Of a DNA stretch of 64,000 nucleotides, positions 39,482 to 50,604 are shown piece after piece. The position numbers and the translations under genes are program-made. The notes under the pieces were generated by a model. That model saw only the letters and a program-made list of their open reading frames with translations, did not search any database and was not told where the DNA came from. The DNA comes from Octopus sinensis (Eukaryota). Numbering within the stretch: the stretch's first letter is position 1; every line of letters starts with the position of its first letter. The stretch lies in assembly GCF_006345805.1 (NCBI RefSeq), contig NC_043003.1, positions 107,384,001 through 107,448,000 on the forward strand, written 5' to 3'.

Positions 39482-42400
39482 ATGATTAAGTTGGGCTGTA
39501 TAATGTGCGTGGAATGGGGTCGAAATGAAACAGGCTTGCTTGCTGGACGACCTCAGGACACACAGAATAGATGTAGCCATTGTCACCGAGTCCAAGATGA
39601 GAGGAACCCAAGCGTTCTCGCATCTTCTCAATGGTTACGAGAAATTAATTTCTCCTAGCCGAGGAGGGGGTGCAGGCGTGGCAGTCCTTATCAGGAAGAA
39701 CTTGGACTTACAGGTAAGTACTGTCTTTATGGACACAGAAGGTAGGCTGGTTGTCCTCGATGTAACTCACGTGAGTAAGCAGTCCTTCAGGTTGGTAGCT
39801 GTTTATGCTCCTAATGAGGGTAGGCAGACTGGTTTTTATCGGAACTTGGAGCACTTTCTAGTGACGTCTAAAACGGTAGTATTGGTAGGGGATTTCAACA
39901 CTATCATCGATGCGCGGATAGATAGTGTGGGCTCGTCTGAAGGGGGAATCCTTGCCTTAAGGGTCTACTGACGAGCTTTAATCTAGTAGATCGGTTTCGA
40001 ATGGATGAGCCGAACATTCCACAGTGGACGTGGAGTAACAATGACGGCTCACGCAGATCGTATATAGATAGGGTATTTGTTAAAGAACGAGATAGGAATA
40101 GCATTAGCTGTCCACAATTTTGTATTGTGCCTTACACGGATCACAAATTAGTGACGTGTGAGGTACATGTAGATAAATGCCATAGACAGGGACCCGGATA
40201 CTGGAAAATGAACAAGTCTATTTTGGCTTGTGAAGCTTTCCGTAACCGGATTATGGAATTAGTCCAGAGGGCATTATGTGGAACCATCATTAATAATAGA
40301 TGGTGGATCGCCCTCAAAAGAGCCATCCGTTTGGAGTCCATTAGATTTAGCAACCAGCTAAGTTTAGATAGGACTAGAATAGAGGGCGATTTAGTTAAGA
40401 CTTAGACGAGGCAATGGGATCTGGCTGTGCATCTAGAGTGTTAGCAGAGAGAACGATCTTGTACCGTCACCTCAATGCCAAGCATGAAGGATGTAGAGTC
40501 AGAGCTAAGCTACGTGCAGTGAAACGAGAAGGTATTAATGTTGCCGGATGGGCACGTCGTGTGGAGAGTCAGAAGGGCAAAAAGTCCTCTATTAAGTCTT
40601 TAACTGACGAACAGGGACGCAAAATCTATGGACAGGAGGAGATACAGAAGGTCTTTCAAAAGCATTTCGCTCGGTTGTTTGGGGAGGGCGATCCACTCGA
40701 GCGAGGGGAGGACTTACAGAACTTCCTAGCTGGTGGGCCTCGGCTCTCGCCAAGCAGAGCGGAACGCTGTGAAGGACCGATTACTCCCGCGGAGGTAAGA
40801 GGGGTTTTGGCTGAATGCGCCCGGGAAAAGTCGCCGGGACTGGATGGTCTGCCCTATGAGTTTTATTGTTGTATGCCGGACTTGTTCGGGGACATACTGG
40901 CAAGCGTCTACGCAAACTGGCAACAGAATGGGAGGATTCCAGTTCTGTGAGCCGGGGAGTTGTGACGCTGATCCAGAAAGACCTGAGCAAGGGGGATATA
41001 TTAGTAATTATAGGCCCATAACTCTACTTAATGTAGAGTTTAAGATTTTGGCCAAGGTGTTAGCAGAAAGGTTGAAGGTCGTCATGGAAAAACTTGTCGG
41101 AAAGGCACAGACATGTGCAATCCCAGGCAGGTCGATCGAAGATAATCTTCACCTTCTACGCTACACTATAGACAGGGTTGGGCAATTAGCCGGCAAAGGA
41201 GGGGCATTGGTCCATTTAGACCAAAGTAAAGCATTTGATAGGGTAGATCATCAGTACCTGGCGACGGTTCTCGAAGCGGCTGGGCTAGGTCCTGACTTTC
41301 GCGGGTGGATATCAGCTATGTACAGCGGTATCAAGTCCACAGTCCAGATAAACGGTTACTTAACGGAACCGTTTTCGATTAAGCGTTCAGTTCGTCAAGG
41401 ATGTCCCTTGTCCCCTCTCCTGTACGTTTTGGCTCTTGAGCCATTGCTGCGGAAGTTGGAGATGGTGAGATTCAATCCTAATGAAATCGGATGCGGTAAG
41501 TCTGTTTCTGCGTATGCGGATGACGTCACCTTCATCGTGTCCAACGAAGTACAACTAACTCGTGTAGAAGGTGCTCTCCGAAGATACGAAACGGTGGCTG
41601 GGGCAAAAGTTAACAAGGACAAGTCCACTGGTTTGCGCTTCGGCACCTGGAGGAACAAGCCGATATCGTCCAGTGTTGTTGGACACTGGACAGATGGTCC
41701 TGTTAAATTGCTTGGAGTTTGGTTTGGTTCAGACTCCCAGACGGAGAAAATTGGAGCGAGGTAGTGACCAAGGTAGAAGCCATAGTTCGGGAGTGGTCCG
41801 GAAGGCATCTTTCCTTGAAAGGAGGGCGGAGGTGGTACAGGTGTTTTATAGCATCTGTAATCACCTATCGCCTGACTGTCGTGCCTTGCCCCGATTTGTG
41901 GCTAAGCAAGTTGGATCGACTCCTTTTCCGCTTTTTGTGGAAGGGAGGAAAGCCACTTGTAAGGCGCTCCGTGTGTTGCCAGGAACCACTAAAGGGTGGG
42001 CTGGGGATGCCTTGGTTAATGATGCGCAGGCATGCGCTGAGACTGAGACATCTCTGGTTTCACCTGGAAGGTGATAAGATGTGGAGTCCGCTGGCAGATA
42101 ATTTCTTCCCGCAACCGGACTCTATGGAGAGATTTAAACTCGGTTTCATTAAAAGACGGAACCTGACTTTATGGCAGAAAGAGTGCCGACAGGCACTCTG
42201 GCTGATCCACAAGATAGGCAAAGCCGGCTGCGGGAATACCACCTCGACATTTTATAGAAGGATGGTAGAGGCAAAAAATGACGACATCCTAAGAGGGGCT
42301 CTGGGGTTCGATGAGGATCAACTATCCGACCTGTTTAAGAAGACTTTCAAGCCGGGGTATTTGGACAATTACCAAAAATCCCTGACTTGGCAGTGCTATA

Positions 42401-42843
42401 GGAATGCTCTACCTGTTCGCGATAAGTTATATAGGCATGGAATGTCATGCCACCGACATGTCCAAGATGTGGGTTGGACGATGAAACCGTCCAGCACGCT
42501 TTTGTACATTGTCAGGAGCTGTCAGGCTTAATAAGTTACGTAGAACACGTGTTGTCGCATCTGGACGAGTACAGCTATCGGCTGGTTCTATAATAAAGAT
42601 GATACCGCCAGCTGGACTCTCAAAGGAAGGTGAGGCTTGTTTTCACTGTACGGTGGCAGTACTGAAAGAGTGTGTGTGGAGACTAGATTGGAAGGTTTGG
42701 TGTCAGGAACCTTTGTCTCTGGATATGGTATGTTAAAATACTTCAGATACCATCTAAAGAGCAAGATGGATTTAGAGAAGAGGAACCTGACACAGAAAAA
42801 GTATGTGAATCGATGGAAGGATGTGATAAAAAGGTGGGTGTGA
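39482..42843 (+). pseudogene. Tx1 ORF2 (APE endonuclease, RT, C-terminal zinc finger), frameshifted as given
   Basis: Endonuclease: NVRG, VTESK, VYAPN, VGDFN, YIDRVFV, TDHKLV. RT: KSPGLDGLP, YRPITLLN, LDQSKAFDRV, RQGCPLSP, YADD. C-terminus: CPRC...H...C. Confidence 0.92.
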
Positions 42844-43100
42844 GTAACCCTGCTTGGTCATCATGAAGGGAAAAATAGTCTCTGGGCTCTTAGGCTGTCG
42901 GGTAAGAATCCTGACTGTGATATACCTAGCTGGCCAAAATCATTTTTATTTTTTAAAAAAAAGGAGAAAGTAAAGTCTAGTATCATAATCAATAATCAAC
43001 ATATGTAAATATCAAACGAACAACGTAAACTTTTTGTAATTATGTTTTGTATTGTAATGTACTATCTCTGTAAGATTTTTATAATCATAATAAAGATTTT

Positions 43101-43338
43101 GGAAGCGACACCTACTGGCTGGCTACGCTGCATTGAAAAGGGGCAATACCCCGAAACGCGTCTGTAGCTGCCGGTCAAGTAGTGTGGAGCGACTGACCTC
43201 CCTTGTTCGAAGGTTATATGGATACAGTTTGTGTATCAAATAGCTAACTTAAGGCGATGGCCTCATGGAGCTAACAAGCGGACAGCTTTTTTCTTATTTT
43301 TATAAGAATGCCATATTAGTATGGCGATAACTATTATT
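43101..43338 (+). repeat. Continuation of the ~360-bp repeat after the Tx1 insertion, ending in (TA)n
   Basis: Joins seamlessly to 37462-37763 once one TSD copy is removed, giving a 362-bp unit. Confidence 0.92.
43127..43168 (+). ncRNA. Type I hammerhead motif, U3-A8 variant (copy C)
   Basis: GCTGCA-TTGAAAA-GGGG-CAATA-CCCC-GAAA-CGCG-TC^TGTAGC. Stem I extends past a UAC/U internal loop through CTACTGGCTGGC (43112-43123) pairing with GCCGGTCAAGTAG (43170-43182). Confidence 0.8.
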
Positions 43339-43697
43339 ATATATATTATATTATATATATATTATATATATATATATATATATATTATTATATATATATA
43401 TAATACATAATATATACATGTTTTTTCAAGAAGAACCGAAACGTAAAATTTCTAAGAAAATGAAAATAATTTATCTTATATAGAGGCGTTTTTAAACTTT
43501 TTTATAATAATAAATAATTATATATATATATAATATATATATATATATTATATATATATTATAATATATATGTATATATATATATGTATATATATGTATA
43601 TATATGTATGTATATATTGTATATATATATGTATACATATATGTATATATATGTATGTGTATATATATATATATATATTATATATATGTGGGTGTGT

Positions 43698-43734
<37 letters not shown>

Positions 43735-44340
43735 TTGTATATTCTGTTGTCTGGGGAGAGTTATTCTCTTTTGGTGCCTTATAAATAAATTTCCACTTTT
43801 TATTTTTTTTATTTTTCTAAACTTTTCGTTTCGTCTTGCAACCTTTTCAGTAGTTTTGTCTCTGTTCGTTACAAAACTGTTGAAAAGGTTAAATTATAAG
43901 GCACTAAAAGAAAATGACTCTCCCCAGACACAACAGAATATGCTTCAACACACGAACTCACATAAAGAATCTTGCAAACCAAATCCAAAAGCGAAATATA
44001 TATATGTATATATATATGTATATATAAATGTGTGTGCATGTACGCACGCGTGTGTGTATATGTGTGCGTGTGAATCATTAGTTTGTGAAAGAATCTGGCT
44101 AATGTCGGCCATAAGTCACATTCCTTCTTTCCGTGTCATCTCATTTACTAGCAGACAACAGGCAAAACTAAGAAAGAAAATAACAAAATATGGCTTTCCT
44201 TTCTGTAGAGACATTATTCCTATCTTGGCACCACAACTGTTATGAACTTATACCTTCATTTTGTCTTTATCATATACTTATCTCCGCATAGAAATTTTAA
44301 TGAGCGAAACTTTTCGATAGAACCTTTGCACCAAATTTCA

Positions 44341-44372
<32 letters not shown>

Positions 44373-45129
44373 GCGGACGGACGCACGCTCCAATATGTCT
44401 TAATTTTCTTCCATTTCTCAGAATGCTGCGCTATCTAAGTTATGATTTCCCCATTCGATTTGGCAGAAAATCAGGCCCCCCTCCGTTCCAGCTGAACTTT
44501 AACACGACAGCCATGTATTCGCAAAACAATCCCATCCCCAACCTTGGGAAAATGTTTTATTGGATCACAACCTCTAGTACAACGTATAATCGATTTAAGA
44601 AAGCTTTCTGATTTTGAAAACTCTAAGGGAATTCAATCTAATCTATTTGATTTTCATTGCTGGTTTCCTTTAACCCTTTCAATATAGAGTTAGATGTGAG
44701 TTCACACAAAGTTTTAGACTTCCTGACGAAGAAATTAGTATTAATGTGATAGTTTCTGCTAAAAGTTTAGCATCTCCGTTGGCTGGGGAAATATTCCTCT
44801 CTTTATTGTCACATAAATCTTACGTTGAATAACTTATTCAGTAGGATACTACGAGTGGCTTTTTTCTCGTTTACATTCGTTGAATGCTGTGTATACTTTC
44901 GGAATTCTCTTACACATCCTATCAAACATCTTCCACTGTTGTACACGCCTGTTCAGATATAAGTAGTCATGTATTTATATGTAAATGCATAAATGCATAC
45001 ACGTACGCACGTATATATATCTTCGTACGTACATACACACGTAGAAACGTATGTATGTATGTATGTATGTATGTGTCTACACACACACACATACACACAA
45101 GTCCGCGCACGCACACACATATATAAATA

Positions 45130-45365
45130 CCTATTTCTTTACTACCTACAAGGGGCTACACACAGAGAGGACAAACAAGGACAGACAAACGGATTAAGTC
45201 GATTATATCTACCCCAGTGCGTAACTGGTACTTATTTAATCGACCGCGAAAGGATGAAAGGCAAAGTCGACCTCGGCGGAATTTGAACTCAGAACGTAGT
45301 GGCAGACGAAATACCGTAAAGCATTTCGCCCGGCGTGCTAACGTTTCTGCCAGCTCAACGCCTTA
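45130..45365 (-). mobile_element. SINE family C
   Basis: Matches the family C consensus. Confidence 0.8.
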
Positions 45366-45480
45366 CATATATATAAATAGAAGCGCAGACATGGCTGTGT
45401 GGTGAACACGATCTCTTTCCAGCCACCTGGTTTCCAGTTCAGTTCCTTTGCACGGCATATTGAGTAAGCAAGGAAGCCCG

Positions 45481-45511
<31 letters not shown>

Positions 45512-45634
45512 AATATATATATATATATTATATATATATATATATATACATATATATGTATGTATGTGTATATATATATGTGTGTTGTATGTATATATAT
45601 ACGACGAGCTTCTTATATATATATATACGACGGG

Positions 45635-45677
<43 letters not shown>

Positions 45678-45686
45678 ATATATATA

Positions 45687-45740
<54 letters not shown>

Positions 45741-45934
45741 CTATACGACGAACTTCTTTGTGTGTGTGTGTGCGTCTGTGTGTAAGCCGTGTGTTAAGAA
45801 GTTTACTTCCCAGCCACAGAGTTCTGAGTTCAGTCCCATTGTGTGGCACCTTGGGCAAGTAACTTCTACTATAGCCTCGGGTCGTCCGAATCTTGTCAGT
45901 GAATTTGGTAGACGGAAGTGAAAGAAGCCCGTTG

Positions 45935-45976
<42 letters not shown>

Positions 45977-46186
45977 TATATATATATATATTATATATTA
46001 TAATATATATATCTATCTTTGTGTGAGTGTATGAATAAGTGGATGAAAAAACGAAAGTAGTTCTCAACACATTTGTAATTAATAACACTTTCACTCATCT
46101 CCACATTACTTAATGTTTCGTGGGCGTAGAACACGGCCTCATCATCAGAGGTTCGGAGAGAGATTGAGAGAGAGCGAGGGGGTGAG

Positions 46187-46226
<40 letters not shown>

Positions 46227-46849
46227 GGAGAGGGAGAGAGACAGAGAATTTAAAACATTGCAATGATGGCTTCATATAAAACTATTTAAATTTCCAACAG
46301 CTAGTTCAGGTCACGTGGTTGTTTTTAATACCATTTCGACATCAATTTTATTGGTAGATCCTCGTGGTGGAGCAGAAAGGATGCTGACGTCACTATGAAG
46401 GCATTCTGCAGAATATGGTAATTCAGCGACATCACCTCTTTATACGTAGTCGGACAGGTAACCGCTTCGACTGTGTCAGGTTAGATATGAATTTGTGTGA
46501 TCAGCATGAGTGAAAGAAGGTTGTATATACGATAGAATGAAAGAAATATGTACTCTATTTTGCGAGGACCAGTTAGGCTGAGGGTGGTATATTCGAATTA
46601 TTAGTGGCCAGTGGCTTGAAATTCACACTCAGGGTGTACCTCTGGTGGCAACAGTAAGATAGGTAAGCTTTCTATTGATGGTTACAGTAGTTTGGTGGAA
46701 TACGTGCAGTTTCTCATGGGGGGAGTGGGCAATGCACGAACTCCAGATGCATGAGGAGGGGCCGTGTAAAGGATGCTTCATGTGATCTTGGAGAAATCGT
46801 TTCGATGTTCCCAGAGCCTCTAGTTGTGATAGATCTTTCCTTGCTACAA

Positions 46850-47335
46850 AATCTAAAGATGTGTCTGTGTTGTATCTTTCCTTAGACTTCTTGGCTGTTT
46901 GGCTGCTATACATCTGTAGTATCTCGTGATATTATTGTATCGTGTGAGGGGTGGATCTATAGAGACCAATTTTTGAAAATAAAGATCTTCTTGTTGGGCA
47001 GGTGGTAGGATTTCAGTAGTTACAAGTTGGAGGAGGTAGTGAAGACTGACTGGGTGCGTGTTAGCATCTGTTGTAGCGTGCATTGGTGGAAACGATATTA
47101 TCTAAGCACGTGTAGCTAACCTTGAAGTTATGGGAATTAAAAGTTTATGGTGCGTATGGGTTTTTGGGAAATGTTTTCTAATTAGCGCCAGGAATCTTCT
47201 AGCGATATTAGCGGAAACATCTAAATTGAATGGAAGATTAAACCAGATTACTTTTTTCTTTCTAACTCTCTTTACTAATTTAACAGAAAAGTTCGATTGT
47301 TTCAAACCTATACCAATTTGTGCAACGAACAAGTA
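46850..47335 (-). mobile_element. Degenerate Penelope-like element fragment (post-RT region)
   Basis: RKKKVIWFNLPFNLDVSANIARRFLALIRKHFP resembles the R..IWFNPP...V.TN....FL.LI.KHFP segment of Penelope-like ORFs. Confidence 0.55.
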
Positions 47336-47905
47336 GTCGAAGTATGGTAAAAAGTTTCAAGATACCTCAGTTTTCAAATTGAGGAAAAAAGTAAAACACG
47401 AAAACAATAAAGCTTCGTGAAAATAGTGCCGTGTTGGAATGCGAGCTCACAAAACCGATTTAGTATGCATATTTCTTCAGTTAAACGAAATGAAATAATG
47501 CTGTAATCAGCTCAAATGCATAATAAACTCTCAAAGCTTTTTCCAACAGCAAAATAATAAAATTAGAATTACTGTTAAGTTGTATTTGAAGCCTGGCCTG
47601 ATAGTATTTAGGAGAACCTATTAATTAAAAAGACTCCACCTGAGAAATTGGAACGGCACGAATAAAAAAAATGTTATTGCCTTTTCCTTTCTGAAAGGAC
47701 AAATTGAAGATAAAAGTAATATTCAGTTCGTAATTTTGGACGATATTATTTACGAAAAGTATCGTGCGTTCGATATTGCAATGAATGGCAAAATAAAATT
47801 GTATCCTGTTTTTTTTTTGTTGTTTTGTTTTTAGCATGGTTAATTCTTGAAACAAAAACTGCCGCCGAATTGCTGTTGTATGAAGTCATGAAAAAGTTCT
47901 TCTTC

Positions 47906-48440
47906 AAGGCATCGAGCTGGCAGAAACGTTAGCACACCGGTCCAAATGCGTAACCGTATTTCGTCTGCCGCTACGTTCTGAGTTCAAATTCTGCCGAGGT
48001 CGACTTTGCCTTTCATCCTTTCGGGGTCGATTAAATAAGTACCAGTTACGCACTGGGGTCGATGTAATCGACTTAATCCGTTTGTCTGTCCTTGTTTGTC
48101 TTCTCTGTGTGTAGCCCCTTGTGGGTAGTAAAGAAATAGGTATTTCGTCTACCGTTACGTTCTGAGTTCAAATTCCGCCGAGGTCGACTTTACCTTTCAT
48201 CCTTTCGGGGTCGATAAATTAAGTACCAGTTATGCATTGGGGTCGATGTAATCGACTTAATACCTTTGTCTGTCCTTGTTTGTCCCCTCTATGTTTAGCC
48301 CCTTGTGGGTAATAAAGAAATAGGTATTTCGTCTGCGTTACGTTCCGAGTTCAAATTCCGCCGAGGTCGACTTTGCCTTTCATCCTTTCGGGATCGATAA
48401 ATTAAATACCAGTTGCGTCCTGGGTCAATCTAATCGACTG
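47906..48440 (+). mobile_element. SINE family C with three internal 184-bp units
   Basis: Unit starts at 47957, 48141 and 48325. Confidence 0.85.
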
Positions 48441-49699
48441 CCAATCTAAACTTCGGGCCTTGTTGTGCCCAGAGTAGAAAAGAATATTCCTTCAAATTTT
48501 AGTACAAGGCCAGCAGTTTTACAGAGAGAGAATCACATCGATCCCATGCACAACTGCTTCTTATTCTATTGACATCGAAAGCCTGACGGGTGAAGTCGAT
48601 CTCGGTGAAATTTGAACTCGGAATGTAAAGCCAGAAGAAATGTCGTTAGGCTTCTTTTCTTCTCCAGAGCGATAACGATTCCTGCGAATTCTCCACCTTC
48701 TTTGTAAGAATAAATGATGGTTCCAAATTTTGCTACAAGGCCAGTAATTTCGAGTGGGTGGGGTAAATCGATTATATCGACCCCGGTGCTTAACTGGTAC
48801 TTATTTTATGGACCCCGAAAGGATGAAAGGCAAAGTTGACACTCATCGGAATTTGGATTCAGAACTTAAAGACAGACAAAATACCATTAAGGGTTCCACT
48901 AACCCACCGCCTTAGTGTAGCAATAAAAAGCAAAAGCTATCTTCAAGGCGGAACCCGACAGAATCACTACCACAAGGGACAAAATACTTAATGGCTTTTC
49001 TTCTTATATTCTGAGCTCAAATCCCGCCGAGGTCGACTTCATTCTTCCAGGGTCGATAAATTAAGTACCAGTTAATTACTAGGTCGGAATAACCGATTTA
49101 CTCACTCCGCTCAAAATTGCCGGCCTTGTGCCAATCTTAAAAAATAGTAAAAACTTTATTACTATTGCAACAGACCTTTGTGGCGATAATTCTCTCTCCA
49201 CGTTGATAGAATTATATAACCCAAACTTGATTCTCACGAAAGGCATTTACCAGCTTTCCATTTAACATATTTCTACGTTGTCGAAGAATTACTTTCTATA
49301 TTGACCATTCGTTAAGAGAAACTTCCATCTGGTTCCACAGATCAACAACGTGAAGAGGTTCATACTTGGGAATATATAAATTAATTATTGCAGATAATGA
49401 GTCATTGAGAGGGCGGATCCTTCTTTCATCCATAAAATGGTTAGCGAGAAATAACCAATAACAGAGAACTCATATCCAGTGAGATGCATTGAGATTACAT
49501 TTTCAAATGGAATTTTCTAGTTGAGACAAGCGTGATAACGAAATTACATATTGTGTGCCAATATGTTGTTCATGAATTTTATTTGACATTTACGATGCTT
49601 GATAAAAGATATTGGGTCTGTTACTATGGTAACGGAGATAAAATACGCAGAGTGAAACCGCTTGGCGCAGATTGACCTTGCATTTTGCTGCGCATAGAC

Positions 49700-50500
49700 A
49701 CAAGTTTATAACGTTCTCGCTCAGTTTCGTTGTTTATGGCAATGCTTGGAAATAAAGTGTGTAGAGTGTGGTCGTCTCGAAAAGGAGATCAGTTTTCAGC
49801 TGTGCAGAATCTCCTTGATTGTTTCGAAAAGGATAGAGACTTTTTTGATGCTGGTCATGGGAAGCACTCCGTCGGTTACGACGACGAGGGTTCCGGTTGA
49901 TCCGATCAACGGAACAGCCTGCTCGTGAAATTAACGTGTAAGTGGCTGAGCACTCCACAGACACGTGTACCCTTAACGTACTTCTCGGGGATATTCAGCG
50001 TGACACAGAGAGTGACAAGGCCGGCCCCTTGAAATACAGGTACAACAGAAACAGGAAGTAAGAGTGAGAGAAAGTTGTGGTGAAAGTGTACAACAGGGAT
50101 CGCTAGCACTCCCTGCCGGAGCCTCGTGGAGCTTTTAGGTGTTTTCGCTCAACAAACACTCACAACGCCCGGTCTGGGAATCGAAACCGCGATCCTATGA
50201 CAGCGAGTCCGCTGCCCTAACCACTGGGCCATTGCGCCTCCACTTGATGCTGGTCATAACAGGTGACGAATTGTCGGTCTGTGGCTATGACTCGGAAACC
50301 AAGGCTTGGAATGAACCGTACTTGAAAGGAATAAGGTTTCAATACGTCGATGAAACCCAAGAGAATGCGACGAGGCTGCTACTCGCTCTCCCTAAAAAGG
50401 GAGTTCCAACGGCACTGGCTAAAGTGTGTGACTTCAGAAGGAAGGGGAGCACTTCGAAGGAGTCCCCTTCCATTTGGGGACGACTTCAAAGGAGATTAAA
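49700..50500 (+). pseudogene. Internally deleted mariner relic interrupted by a SINE
   Basis: QNLLDCFEKDRDF|LVITGDELSVCGYDSETK...KGIRFQYVDETQENATRLLLALPK resembles mariner ITGDE.W..GYDPETK and RF..VDEI..NAT..L segments. Confidence 0.65.
49859..50243 (-). mobile_element. SINE family B with TSD, nested in the mariner relic
   Basis: 14-bp TSD TTGATGCTGGTCAT at 49845-49858 and 50244-50257. Confidence 0.9.
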
Positions 50501-50604
50501 CACCAAATTGATATGTTTAGTACTTTTCTTTTTATAGCACCGGCCCCTATAATCTTTGTTCAGACCTCGCATGAGTCCCTTATTTAGTAAACTTGAAAAA
50601 TATA

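Larger units (their letters stand above)
37764..43100 (+). mobile_element. Full-length Tx1-like L1-clade non-LTR retrotransposon (5337 bp)
   Basis: 17-bp TSD GGAAGCGACACCTACTG at 37747-37763 and 43101-43117. Two ORFs; AATAAA at 43089-43094; no poly(A) tail. Confidence 0.93.

Noticed and set aside
43740-43940. ~55-bp imperfect inverted repeat
   Set aside because: No ribozyme motif or TSD. It is probably an old MITE or local duplication, and too weak to classify.
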